Assembly (NCBI GenBank): GCA_045591115.1
Contig: JAZNSH010000050.1
Coordinates: 26,294-90,293 of the forward strand
Length of the DNA: 64,000 nt
Origin: Clostridia bacterium
Lineage (GTDB): Bacteria; Bacillota; Clostridia; Christensenellales; QALW01
Reading direction: 5' to 3'
The notes under the pieces were generated by a model that was not told where the DNA came from, searched no databases, and saw nothing but the letters and a program-made list of their open reading frames with translations. The stretch's first letter is position 1; each line of letters starts with the position of its first letter. The position numbers were made by a program, and so were the translations under genes. Below are positions 28,119 through 37,857 of this stretch, piece after piece.

Positions 28119-28808
28119 ATGTTAAACAAAACAAAAATTCTGGTAGTTGATGATGATAAGCACATTTCTGAAGTTGTAAAACTTTATCTTGAAAAAGAGG
28201 GCTATGAAGTTTTTGTTGCTGAAGATGGTGCAGAAGCGGTAAATAAATTCAAAGCAGTTCAGCCTAAGCTTGTTGTTCTTGATATTATGCTTCCCGTAAT
28301 GGATGGAATGCAGGTTTGTAATGAGATTCGCAGAATTGATAACACTCCTATTATTATGCTTTCTGCAAAGGGCGAGGTTTTTGATAAAGTTCTTCTTCTT
28401 GAACTTGGTGCTGATGATTATATGGTTAAGCCTTTTGAGCCCAAGGAACTTGTTGCACGTATAAAAGCAATTTTGAGAAGAAGCACACAGAGAGAAGAAG
28501 TGAGCGAGAATGTTGAATATAAAGAGCTTGTGATCAATATAACCGACTATACGGTTACATATAAAGATGTTAAGATCGAAATGCCTCCAAAGGAAATAGA
28601 GCTTCTTTATTATCTTGCTTCACATCCCAAAAAAGTGTTTACCCGTCAACAGCTGCTTGAACAGGTATGGGGCTTTGAATATTTTGGTGATTCCCGCACC
28701 GTTGACGTTCACATTAAGCGTATCCGCGAAAAGGTTTGCGGAAACGATCAGTGGAATATAAAAACTGTTTGGGGTATCGGTTATAAGTTTGAGGTAAATG
28801 AGGAATGA
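28119..28808 (+). CDS. OmpR/PhoB-family response regulator
   Basis: 229 aa. Receiver domain (DD..., LVVLDIMLP, K in MVKPF) plus winged helix (RTVDVHIKRIREK...WGIGYKF). Confidence 0.92.
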   Translation: MLNKTKILVVDDDKHISEVVKLYLEKEGYEVFVAEDGAEAVNKFKAVQPKLVVLDIMLPVMDGMQVCNEIRRIDNTPIIMLSAKGEVFDKVLLLELGADDYMVKPFEPKELVARIKAILRRSTQREEVSENVEYKELVINITDYTVTYKDVKIEMPPKEIELLYYLASHPKKVFTRQQLLEQVWGFEYFGDSRTVDVHIKRIREKVCGNDQWNIKTVWGIGYKFEVNEE

Positions 28809-30253
28809 TCTTTAAATCCTTAAGGGTCAAGCTTGTTGCAATATATCTTCTTATAGTTATTCTGTTTATTGTAGTTTTAGGTGCGATTCTTGCATTTAAT
28901 TTTAAAAAGCATCTTACGGATATGCGTGAAAAAAGCATCATTGAGTGTGCAGAACAGATTGCAAAAATGTATGCGGATAATTCTTTGAAGGTTCATGATG
29001 TTAACGAAGGACAAACCGTTCCCGTTTTAGTCACAACGGCAAAGGACTTTGATGCTACTATTCAGATTGCCAATGCAGATACCAGGCGCCTTAACTATAA
29101 TATTGATTCAGAAAATATAACAGTTTATGAAAAAAACGAGCTTGTGAATGATGAAATATATAACACCGTTTACACCAAAGAAGAGGTTTATATAAAATCA
29201 GACTATTTTAATGAGCAGATGGGTGAAAACGTTTTAACCGTTGCTTATCCGCTTTTTTATCCTAATTCTGACGGTAAACCTCCTTGGGCAATTTTAATCA
29301 TAAATTCATCACTTGATTCAGTTAATGAAACGTACACGAAGGTAATAAACACGCTGTGGCTTCCTGCCATCGGTATTTTTATGGCAGGATTTGCAATGAT
29401 TTATATTCTTGTGAATAATATTGTTTCACGTGTGCGAAAGCTTAATAATGCAACACAAGCGGTTGCTAAAGGTCGTTTTGATATTGCTCTTACAGTTAGG
29501 GGAAATGATGAAATCTCACAGCTTGCTCGTGACTTTAATAAAATGGCGGAAGACCTTAAAGTCAGCGATGCTTCAAAGCGCGATTTTGTTTCAAATGCCG
29601 CCCACGAGCTTCGCTCACCGATGACAAGTATTAACGGTTTTGTTGAAGGAATGCTTGATGGCACTATTCCGCCTGAAAAGCACAAAGATTATCTTGAAAT
29701 TGTTTCTTCTGAGGTAAAAAGACTGACAAAACTTGTTAAAACAATGTTGGATCTATCAAGAATTGAATCAGGCAGTGATAAGATCTCGATGACGAAGGTT
29801 GATATTAATGAAGTTATTCGTCACGTAATTATTAGGCTTATGCAGAAAATTGAACAAAAGGGAATTTGTCCTGAAATTGAAATTTCAGATGATCCTCTTT
29901 GGGTTCTTGCAGACTCCGATAAGATTGAACAGGTTTTGCAGAATCTTATTGATAATGCGATAAAATTTACAGATGAAGGTAAGCACTTGTTTATTTCAAC
30001 GGAGAAAAAAGGTGCAAAAGTTTTTGTTAAGGTTAAAGACGAAGGTGCAGGCATTAACGAAAACGATCTCAAGTTTATTTGGGATAGATTCTATACCGTG
30101 GATAAAGCACGAAGTGGTGAAAAAACAGGTACCGGTCTTGGACTTTCCATTGTCAAAAGTATTATAGACCAGCACGGTGAAACCATCAGTGTAAAAAGTA
30201 CAGTAAATGAAGGAACAGAATTTATTTTTACACTTCAAGTGGCAGGTGAATAA
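28805..30253 (+). CDS. Sensor histidine kinase (2 TM, HAMP, HisKA, HATPase)
   Basis: 482 aa. H-box AAHELRSPMTSI, N-box DNAIKFT, G-box GTGLGLSIV. ~150-aa extracytoplasmic loop. ATGA overlap with the regulator gene. Confidence 0.9.
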   Translation: MIFKSLRVKLVAIYLLIVILFIVVLGAILAFNFKKHLTDMREKSIIECAEQIAKMYADNSLKVHDVNEGQTVPVLVTTAKDFDATIQIANADTRRLNYNIDSENITVYEKNELVNDEIYNTVYTKEEVYIKSDYFNEQMGENVLTVAYPLFYPNSDGKPPWAILIINSSLDSVNETYTKVINTLWLPAIGIFMAGFAMIYILVNNIVSRVRKLNNATQAVAKGRFDIALTVRGNDEISQLARDFNKMAEDLKVSDASKRDFVSNAAHELRSPMTSINGFVEGMLDGTIPPEKHKDYLEIVSSEVKRLTKLVKTMLDLSRIESGSDKISMTKVDINEVIRHVIIRLMQKIEQKGICPEIEISDDPLWVLADSDKIEQVLQNLIDNAIKFTDEGKHLFISTEKKGAKVFVKVKDEGAGINENDLKFIWDRFYTVDKARSGEKTGTGLGLSIVKSIIDQHGETISVKSTVNEGTEFIFTLQVAGE

Positions 30254-30255
30254 TT

Positions 30256-31350
30256 ATGCGTGATGATTTTTTTGAGGAAAAGAAGCGTAGAGGAGTAGGA
30301 ATAACCTTTATTATTGTTGCAATTCTTGTTGTTGCAATGATAAGCTCTATGGCAACTTACTTCTTTATGCCTAAAACGTATACGATAAAAAAAGAAGATA
30401 ATCAACCTTTGCAGAGCACAACTACAGTTGTAACCGAAAAAGTTGTTGTTGATGGTGGTATGGAAGACGTTTTTACGGCTTTGTATGAAAACAATCGTGA
30501 TACCGTGGTTGTAATAGATGGATATGTTATTCAAAATGACGAAGAAGTACACTATAGTCAGAGCTCTGGTTTTATCGTATCTGAAGATGGTTATATATTT
30601 ACAAACCATCATTGTGTTGCCGATATGGATAAAATAACAGTGTCCCTTTATGATGGCAAAGAATATGTTGCGACGGTTATCGGAAGTGATGACAGAACCG
30701 AGGTTGCTGTAATAAAAATAGAGGATGAAATGCCTTTTAAAAAGGCGATTCTTGGTGATTCGGATAAGACTAAGGTTGGTCAGTATGCCGTTGCAATAGG
30801 TAATCCGATCGGTTTTGAATATTCTATGAGTATTGGCTTTGTTTCGGGTCTTGAGCGCGAGGTTGATTCCCAGAATTTCAGATATAAAATGATTCAGATT
30901 GATACTCCTCTTAATTCAGGCAACAGTGGAGGTCCGCTATTTAATTCTGACGGCGAAGTTATTGGAATCAATACTATGAAAAGCTCGTCATATGTTTCAA
31001 ATATTGAGGGAATCGGCTTTGCCATTCCGATAAATTTAGCAAAAAACATTGCTGATGAGCTTATTAAAAACGGAAGGGTAACACGTCCGGCAATTGAAGC
31101 AACGGTTGGTAGCTACATCGGCGAGGGTGGAGGCGCACTTGTTGCCGAGGTCGTTGAGGGCGGTGCAGCTGAAAAAGCAGGAATTAAGGCTAATGATATT
31201 ATTATTTCATTCAACGGCGCGGAAATTCAAACTGTAAACGATCTTATTTCTGAATTGGAAAACTGTAAAGCAGGGGAAGAAAAAGAAATTATTGTAATTC
31301 GTGATAACGAAGAACTTAAATTGAAAATAATATTGGGTACAACTAAATAA
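30256..31350 (+). CDS. HtrA/DegP-family serine protease with PDZ domain (second paralog)
   Basis: 364 aa. N-terminal TM. Triad contexts TNHHCV, EVAVIKI, GNSGGPL. PDZ domain. Starts 2 nt after the kinase stop. Confidence 0.9.
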   Translation: MRDDFFEEKKRRGVGITFIIVAILVVAMISSMATYFFMPKTYTIKKEDNQPLQSTTTVVTEKVVVDGGMEDVFTALYENNRDTVVVIDGYVIQNDEEVHYSQSSGFIVSEDGYIFTNHHCVADMDKITVSLYDGKEYVATVIGSDDRTEVAVIKIEDEMPFKKAILGDSDKTKVGQYAVAIGNPIGFEYSMSIGFVSGLEREVDSQNFRYKMIQIDTPLNSGNSGGPLFNSDGEVIGINTMKSSSYVSNIEGIGFAIPINLAKNIADELIKNGRVTRPAIEATVGSYIGEGGGALVAEVVEGGAAEKAGIKANDIIISFNGAEIQTVNDLISELENCKAGEEKEIIVIRDNEELKLKIILGTTK

Positions 31351-31367
31351 TTTCATAAAAAAATAAG

Positions 31368-31405
31368 GCCGAGTTTCATCAATAAAGATGTAACTCGGCT
31401 TTTTC
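31368..31405. terminator. Hairpin terminator between convergent genes
   Basis: GCCGAGTT-16 nt-AACTCGGC followed by TTTTT. An A-run on the other side would serve the - strand. Confidence 0.65.
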
Positions 31406-31409
31406 TTTA

Positions 31410-33329
31410 TTATTCTGTTACGGTAGTATTTTCTGCGGATTCATCGGTTATCGCTATATTTTCATCAAGTGCATCCTCAGAAATAGTAGGATCTGTTGCA
31501 TACCAGAGCTTAAATACGGGAGCTTCTCCTTCGGGCATCTCTGTCAGTTGGGCGATAAGATTGTAGTCAGTATTTAACTCTATTTCATCAACGGCATTAT
31601 ATATATCAAAAATCAATTCACAATCATCAACGATGGCTTTTAACTTATACTTTCCAACAACTTCTGTAAATTTAACGTTATTGAAAGTGTAATGTTTGTC
31701 TGTTGAAAGGGTTAATAAAGAATCTTTTGTAAAGGCTTCATTGTTAACTGCAAGTGCTTCCTTGCTTGGCCAATATTTAAAGGATATAACTCTTTCTACG
31801 GTTATTTCATCGGTCACTGCGTACAAAGAAACGTTTACTATACCGTATTCACAGCTTGAAATATCCAAAGTGATTGTATGAGAATTTGTTTCTGCATTAT
31901 ATGAATTATATGTAAAAGGAAGCTTTGTTTTTATTGTAGGTCCGTGATCAACTGTATATGAAATATCAACGGTCTTTTCACTGTGAACATCAGAAACCTC
32001 TGAAGAAATGCTGAAGTTAAATGGGGCAGGATCTTCAATAAATTTGATCTGTTCCTTGATTTGATGTCTGTAAGGCTGTGATACGATTATATCACAAATT
32101 ACACCGCTTTCGGGACTCATCTGATGACTTACGATGCCAAAGGCATTTGGAGTAACGAGTTCACCGCCGATAGTAACAGTAGTAGCTTCATCTACCCAGA
32201 AGCTAATATTAAATAAGTTTTCTGATATAATAACCTCTTCTGTCCCTGACTCAAGATCAGTGTCAGCAGCAGGAAGGGTTAAGGTTGCAATTTTTGTTTT
32301 TAAAGGGTATTCTTCTTCCCTGGAATGATAAGCCTGAAGATCAATTTCAACTTTACTGTCCGCAAAAATCTTGTCAGCAGGGAAGATATCCTCTATATAA
32401 AGCTTAAGCTCAATTACGTCTGAAGTAAAATCGTAAGATTTACCATTGCAATTTAGCGTTAATGTGTCGCCTGCTTTGCCATAGAACTTTCCGTTTATAA
32501 ATTCCTTGCCATTATCATCAGTTAAAACCGAAATTTCCGGTGCGTTGATATCAAAAGCTTCTGTAGCATCAATAACTTCTTGCTGACCAGGCTGAGAGCT
32601 CTGACTATGGCTTTTAAAAATGTAATATCCGATTATGGCAACCAAAGCAACCAATAAAGCAACTAAAGCAAAAGCAACGATCTTATTTTTTAAGGATCTT
32701 TTTGTTGAGCCGTCTTCGCCGGAAATGTCTTCCGATTCCTCACCAACATAAACAGAATCGATCTGCGCTTCGCTGGAATTTGTTTCTTCGGTATCTTCGG
32801 AATCAGAGGGAACATCGTTGTTTTGTTCTTCTTCTGTGGTATCGACTGCTTCAGCAGAACTTTCGTCAGACTCAATCATATCTTCTTCAGTTTCTTTTTC
32901 ATCTGCTTGATCATCGGAAGTTTCAGATGTTTCTTCAATAACTTCTTCAACTATATCAGTTTTTTCTGATGATAAAACCTTTTCAGAGGCATCAACTTCT
33001 GCGATAGGCTCAACTTCTGCGATAGGCTCAACTTCTGTGATAGGCTCAACCTCTGTGACAGACTCAACCTCTGCGATAGGCTCAACCTCTGCGATAGGCT
33101 CGACTTCTGCAATAGACTCAACCTCTACGTTAGGCTCAACTTCTGCTATAGGCTCGACTTCTTCAAGAATTTCAAAGTCCTCAGAAGGTGCTTCGTTTGA
33201 AGATGTAGGCTGGGCTTGTACAACCTCCACAACAGGGGTGCTTGTTTTTTGTTTTATAAGTGGTGCACCGCAATAAAAACATCTTTTACTACTATCTCTG
33301 TTTTTAACACCGCATTTGTTGCAAATCAT
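31410..33329 (-). CDS. Bitopic zinc-ribbon protein: Zn-ribbon, acidic hexapeptide repeats, TM, beta-rich extracytoplasmic domain
   Basis: 639 aa. N-terminal CNKCG...CFYCG ribbon. (EVEPIA)n repeats and D/E/S-rich linker. TM IVAFALVALLVALVAIIGYYIF. ~400-aa C-terminal region with an Ig-like beta-strand pattern. Confidence 0.75.
   Translation of the reverse strand: MICNKCGVKNRDSSKRCFYCGAPLIKQKTSTPVVEVVQAQPTSSNEAPSEDFEILEEVEPIAEVEPNVEVESIAEVEPIAEVEPIAEVESVTEVEPITEVEPIAEVEPIAEVDASEKVLSSEKTDIVEEVIEETSETSDDQADEKETEEDMIESDESSAEAVDTTEEEQNNDVPSDSEDTEETNSSEAQIDSVYVGEESEDISGEDGSTKRSLKNKIVAFALVALLVALVAIIGYYIFKSHSQSSQPGQQEVIDATEAFDINAPEISVLTDDNGKEFINGKFYGKAGDTLTLNCNGKSYDFTSDVIELKLYIEDIFPADKIFADSKVEIDLQAYHSREEEYPLKTKIATLTLPAADTDLESGTEEVIISENLFNISFWVDEATTVTIGGELVTPNAFGIVSHQMSPESGVICDIIVSQPYRHQIKEQIKFIEDPAPFNFSISSEVSDVHSEKTVDISYTVDHGPTIKTKLPFTYNSYNAETNSHTITLDISSCEYGIVNVSLYAVTDEITVERVISFKYWPSKEALAVNNEAFTKDSLLTLSTDKHYTFNNVKFTEVVGKYKLKAIVDDCELIFDIYNAVDEIELNTDYNLIAQLTEMPEGEAPVFKLWYATDPTISEDALDENIAITDESAENTTVTE
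32983..33162 (-). repeat. 18-bp coding tandem repeat, about 10 copies
   Basis: Units such as GCGATAGGCTCAACTTCT at 33001, 33019, 33037 ... 33145, with point variants. They encode the (I/V)(A/T)EVE(P/S) hexapeptide on the - strand. Confidence 0.95.
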
Positions 33330-33359
33330 AAAAACTCTCCTAAATTATTTTATGATAAT

Positions 33360-33388
33360 AGTATATCACAACTTTCTTTACTTGGCAA
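33360..33388 (-). promoter_or_regulatory. SigA-type promoter of the zinc-ribbon gene
   Basis: Reverse strand reads TTGCCA (33388-33383), 17 nt, TGaTATACT (extended -10, hexamer 33365-33360). Confidence 0.55.
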
Positions 33389-33440
33389 TAATTTGAATAT
33401 TTTTTTTACATATGATGATAATATAAATCAGGTGATATAT

Positions 33441-35684
33441 GTGTTTAAGAAGAAGAAACGATATTTTATATTGATTCCGCTTGTACTCATCGTTATAATT
33501 TCAGTATATTTTTTTTCAGGAGTACCGGATCTTTCTGTAGAAAAAATAAGATCCACATCTCAGGTGCTTACTATTTATGATAAGGATAATAATATTTCGG
33601 CATATCTTGATGGCGGACAAACGAGAAAGAATGTTTCAATCGAAGCTGTTCCCAAGCACGTAATAAATGCATTGCTCGCAATAGAAGATATCAGATTCTA
33701 TGAACACAACGGTATAGATATAAAAAGAATCTTTGGAGCAATGATCAATGATATTTCATCAGGTAGCTTAAAAGAAGGCGGAAGCACGATAACACAACAA
33801 TTGATTAAAAACTCACACCTGAGTAATGAAAAAACTTTTATAAGAAAGATTCACGAAGCAATTTTAGCACTTCAGCTTGAACGGCAATACACTAAGGATG
33901 AGATTCTTGAAATGTATTTGAATTACGTTTACTTTGGTCGTGGTGCATATGGTATTCAGGCTGCAGCGCAAATGTATTTCGGTGTTGATGTTCAAGAACT
34001 TTCCGTTTCACAGGGAGCGATGCTTGTAGGTGTGTTGAAAGCACCATCAAAATTAGCACCGCATATAAATATGGAAAAGGCGATAGAGAGAAGAAATAAT
34101 GTTCTTTTTCAAATGAAAAAGTACGGTTTTATTTCTGATGAACAATATAAGGAATTTTCATCTGAAGATATAAAAATTGTTGAAGATATTTCGCATCCCG
34201 ATTATGGGTATTATACGGATTATGTTTTGGAAGAAAGTGCTAAAATGCTGAATATTTCAGTGGAAGAACTTCTGAATGGCGGTTATAGTGTATATACATC
34301 ACTTGATTCTGAATTACAAGAAAACGTTCAGCAGTTATTTTCTGATAATGAAAATTTTCACGATAACAAAGTTCAGGCCGCAACGGTTGTTATAGATAAT
34401 TTCACGGGGGAAATTTCTGCAATTATGGGTGGCAGGGAGCATAACGGGATGAGAATCTATAATAGAATTACTGCAAGAAGACAACCGGGCTCCGTAATAA
34501 AACCCATTCTTGTTTACGGACCTGCGTTTGAAAATAAAAGTATTACGGCATCAACGGTTATAAATGACTATAGAAAAGATTTTTCAGGATATAAGCCAAC
34601 AAATTTTAAAGATGTATATTATGGAAACGTAACAGTAAGAAAAGCACTTAGTTTGTCTTTAAATGTTCCTGCAGTTGAAATTTTAGAAAGAAACGGCATT
34701 GATTATTCAAAGGAATTTGCTGAAAGAGCAGGGCTTGTTTTTGATGAAAGTGATAATAATTTAGCGCTCGCTTTAGGCGGAATGAAATTTGGTGTTACAC
34801 CGCTTGAAATGGCAGGAGCATATTCTATGCTTGCTCGCTCGGGCGTTTATATTGAACCGCACTGTGTTAGAAAAATTTTAGATAGTAATGGAAAGCTGGT
34901 TTATGAAAACAAGAAGATAAATCAAAAGGTTTTTTCGGAGAAAACAACTTTTTTGTTGACGGATATTTTACGTGACGTTTCAACACACGAAAGTAACGGA
35001 CATAAATTGTTCTCAAGACAAATTGCTACAAAAACGGGAACGGTAGGCTACAATGATTCGGGACATTCCGATGCCTGGTCAGCAAGCTATGTTAACAGTC
35101 ATACCGTTGTTGTGTGGATGGGATATGATAAAACAACAGCCCAACAGTTTTTGCCTTACGATGTAACGGGAAGCTCATATCCGTCCCAAATATCTGCAAA
35201 GATTTTCGAAAAAATATTTGAGAAATACGGGTACGATGATTTTAAAGTTCCTGACGGAATAGTTTCTTTAAAAATTGATAATTTTTCATTGAAAAACGGG
35301 GCAGGAAACTATTTGGCCTCCGATATTCAAACAGATACTGTAAATGAATTTTTTGATTCGGAAAATGCTCCGCAAGAGATAAATTCCTATTGGCAAAAAC
35401 CAACGCTTCCAAAGGATATAAAGGTTCAATTAAACGAACTTCGACAAGCGGAAATTTCTTTTAATGCAACAAATGACTATACTCAATATATAATCATTAA
35501 AAGAAACGCCGTAGGGGATAAAGTTATAGGAAGACTTAACGGAAAAGAAAATGAAAAATTAATTTTAATTGATGAAGAATATTTTTTTGGTGACAGTTAT
35601 ATAATTCAAGCAATGCATTCAAAAATTTCAGTGAATAAAATGCCATATTTAGGTGAAAAAAGCAAGGAATACGTTTTAAATTGA
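33441..35684 (+). CDS. Bifunctional class A penicillin-binding protein (PBP1A type)
   Basis: GT51 motifs EDIRFYEHNGID and GGSTITQQL. Transpeptidase motifs SVIKP (SxxK), SLN, KTGT. Start set to GTG 33441 (AGGTGA 5 nt upstream), because the track start 33216 overlaps the divergent gene. Confidence 0.88.
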   Translation: MFKKKKRYFILIPLVLIVIISVYFFSGVPDLSVEKIRSTSQVLTIYDKDNNISAYLDGGQTRKNVSIEAVPKHVINALLAIEDIRFYEHNGIDIKRIFGAMINDISSGSLKEGGSTITQQLIKNSHLSNEKTFIRKIHEAILALQLERQYTKDEILEMYLNYVYFGRGAYGIQAAAQMYFGVDVQELSVSQGAMLVGVLKAPSKLAPHINMEKAIERRNNVLFQMKKYGFISDEQYKEFSSEDIKIVEDISHPDYGYYTDYVLEESAKMLNISVEELLNGGYSVYTSLDSELQENVQQLFSDNENFHDNKVQAATVVIDNFTGEISAIMGGREHNGMRIYNRITARRQPGSVIKPILVYGPAFENKSITASTVINDYRKDFSGYKPTNFKDVYYGNVTVRKALSLSLNVPAVEILERNGIDYSKEFAERAGLVFDESDNNLALALGGMKFGVTPLEMAGAYSMLARSGVYIEPHCVRKILDSNGKLVYENKKINQKVFSEKTTFLLTDILRDVSTHESNGHKLFSRQIATKTGTVGYNDSGHSDAWSASYVNSHTVVVWMGYDKTTAQQFLPYDVTGSSYPSQISAKIFEKIFEKYGYDDFKVPDGIVSLKIDNFSLKNGAGNYLASDIQTDTVNEFFDSENAPQEINSYWQKPTLPKDIKVQLNELRQAEISFNATNDYTQYIIIKRNAVGDKVIGRLNGKENEKLILIDEEYFFGDSYIIQAMHSKISVNKMPYLGEKSKEYVLN

Positions 35685-35738
35685 TTTTTTTACTTCCAAA
35701 AATTTTCATTATGTGGTAAAATAATAACGGTGATTGTT

Positions 35739-36665
35739 ATGAAAACTGCAATATATGATAAATTTGGAAAAAAGATAGCCGGAGATGTTTCATTAAATGA
35801 AGCATTATCTTCTCACATCTTAAGTAAAGAATTTCCTTTAATTGAAAACGGTAAACTTTACACGCTTCTTTCTGATGGAAGCATTTCTGTTTTGTGTGCA
35901 GAGGAAAGCATTCTTGAGAGCTTTATTGAAAAAAAAGACATTAAGCGTCTTACAAAAGGTGAGTTTCTGAGGAGCTTGCTGTTTGGGGAAGCAAATTCCG
36001 ATATGGTATACTTGTGTTCGCGTTACGGCATTCATTTTGATGATCCGCGCAGGGTTTATGTTGCTCAGGTCAGCGAGGATGTTTCCGAGTATGTATTACC
36101 GCTTGAGGAGCTTTTTGAAGAGGAAAATATTATTGTTGTCGGCCTTGACTCACATCGAATTGCTGTTATCTGTGTTGAAGGCGATAATGATACTGATGAG
36201 ATGGCAGATGCTATAAGTGCAACTTTTCAGGACTTAAATTCAGAATGTTATATCGGCGTAAGCTGTATTGCTGATAACGCATCTGCTCTTTCGGGGGCAT
36301 TTCAACAAGCGCTTTGTGCTATAGAACTTGGTAAGAAAATTTCTTTCAATGGCGGAGTATGGTTCTATTCGGATATTTTACCTGAACTGATTATTTCACA
36401 GATGCCCAAGGAAGCGCTGGATGATCTAAAAGATAAAGCATACAAGGTTAAACGCAGTCTTGATAATGAGAATGTTGAAGTTGCAATGGAGTTTTTTAAG
36501 CATAATCTGAATATAAGTGAAACGGCAAAATGTTGCTTCCTTCATAGAAATACACTTATTAACAGGCTTGATAAAATACAAAAGGATACAGGCTTCAATA
36601 TGCGCAATTTCCACGAAGCTGTAGCTCTCAGATTATATATTGCGGCAAATAAGGTGTTTAAATAA
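35739..36665 (+). CDS. PucR/CdaR-family transcriptional regulator
   Basis: C-terminal PucR-type HTH (NISETAKCCFLHRNTLINRLDKIQKDTGFNMRNFHEAVALRLYI). Start taken at ATG 35739. Confidence 0.8.
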   Translation: MKTAIYDKFGKKIAGDVSLNEALSSHILSKEFPLIENGKLYTLLSDGSISVLCAEESILESFIEKKDIKRLTKGEFLRSLLFGEANSDMVYLCSRYGIHFDDPRRVYVAQVSEDVSEYVLPLEELFEEENIIVVGLDSHRIAVICVEGDNDTDEMADAISATFQDLNSECYIGVSCIADNASALSGAFQQALCAIELGKKISFNGGVWFYSDILPELIISQMPKEALDDLKDKAYKVKRSLDNENVEVAMEFFKHNLNISETAKCCFLHRNTLINRLDKIQKDTGFNMRNFHEAVALRLYIAANKVFK

Positions 36666-37834
36666 TGAAAAAAAGGAAAATATCTTTTACTTCTATTTTG
36701 CTGATAATTACTATCAGCTTTTTAGTTGGCTTTTTATCAAACGGTTTATTAAATAAGTATCTTAATAAGAACGCATTTTCTGATGAACAAATAGATATGA
36801 TCAATATGGTTGGAAAAATCATCAATGATGATGCCATTGAGGTACATCAAAAGGATAAACTTGTTGATTATGCGTTAAAAGGAATGGCGGCGGCGTTAAA
36901 TGACGAATATGCCTATTATTTTACCGCGGAAGAGCTGGATGATTATGTTAAATCAACAAACGGTGTTGTTGAAGGCGGAATTGGTGCATCACTTTATTTT
37001 GATGGTGAAAAATATATTTTTCCTGAAGTCTACAAAGGCCTTGCGGCGTATTCTTCCGGTATATTGCCCGGCGATGAGCTTATCAAAGTAAACGGTGAAA
37101 GCATTGAAGGGTTAAGTCTTGAAGAAATTGTCAGCAAGGTAAAAGGTGAAGCGGGAACTGAAGTAAATATTACTGTTATTCGTGATGGGAAAGAGCTTGC
37201 GTTTAACGTTGTGCGCTCAAATGGTCAAAGAGAGCTTGTTGAATATAAAATGATTGATTCAATTTTATATACAAGAATCATTTCTTTTCACGGAAATGCA
37301 GTTGAGTATTTTTCAAAAGCTCTTGAATATGGTAAAAGCAACAACTATGACGGAATAATTATTGATTTGCGTGATAATCCCGGTGGAGAGCTTGAAGTAT
37401 TCGTTCAGATAGCGGATTACTTGCTTGAAGAAGGCGAAGTTTTTTATGCCTTAGACAAAAACGGAAACAAAATTTTATCTGAAAGATCAAATGCCGGCGG
37501 TGTGGATAAAGAGATATGTGTTATTGTTAACGGCGATTCTGCCAGTGCCTCTGAGGCTTTATGCGGTGCATTAAGAGATCTTGGAAATGCAAAAATTGTG
37601 GGCACAAAAACTTTCGGTAAAGGCATTATGCAGTCAAACTATACACTACCTAACGGAGGAATGTTTAAATTAACTACAGCTAAGTATTATCTTCCCAACG
37701 GTGATTGTATTCAGGGTGAAGGAATCACTCCCGATTATGTTGTGGAGTTACCTGAAAGCTTAAGAGGTAAGATATGGATGCTCAATGAAGAAGATATTCA
37801 ACTGAAAAAAGCAGTAGAGGTATTGACAGAATAG
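36665..37834 (+). CDS. S41-family carboxy-terminal processing protease with PDZ domain
   Basis: 389 aa. N-terminal TM. PDZ (GDELIKVNGESI). S41 core motifs GDSASASE and TKTFGKG. Confidence 0.88.
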   Translation: MKKRKISFTSILLIITISFLVGFLSNGLLNKYLNKNAFSDEQIDMINMVGKIINDDAIEVHQKDKLVDYALKGMAAALNDEYAYYFTAEELDDYVKSTNGVVEGGIGASLYFDGEKYIFPEVYKGLAAYSSGILPGDELIKVNGESIEGLSLEEIVSKVKGEAGTEVNITVIRDGKELAFNVVRSNGQRELVEYKMIDSILYTRIISFHGNAVEYFSKALEYGKSNNYDGIIIDLRDNPGGELEVFVQIADYLLEEGEVFYALDKNGNKILSERSNAGGVDKEICVIVNGDSASASEALCGALRDLGNAKIVGTKTFGKGIMQSNYTLPNGGMFKLTTAKYYLPNGDCIQGEGITPDYVVELPESLRGKIWMLNEEDIQLKKAVEVLTE

Positions 37835-37851
37835 TAAATTAAATATATAAT
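37823..37851 (+). promoter_or_regulatory. Perfect-consensus SigA promoter inside the 3' end of the S41 protease gene
   Basis: TTGACA (37823-37828), 17 nt, TATAAT (37846-37851). Confidence 0.7.
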
Positions 37852-37857
37852 ATAGAT

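Noticed and set aside
32983-33162. Regular 18-bp repeats, considered as a possible CRISPR or non-coding array
   Set aside because: The units are contiguous with no spacers, in frame, and encode a hexapeptide repeat inside a long ORF. The mirror ORF 33037-33276 (+) is an artefact of this.
33216-33440. N-terminal 75 codons of the PBP ORF as given in the track
   Set aside because: This part overlaps the divergent zinc-ribbon gene and its promoter. The TM helix and GT51 domain begin after GTG 33441, which has an AGGTGA SD.
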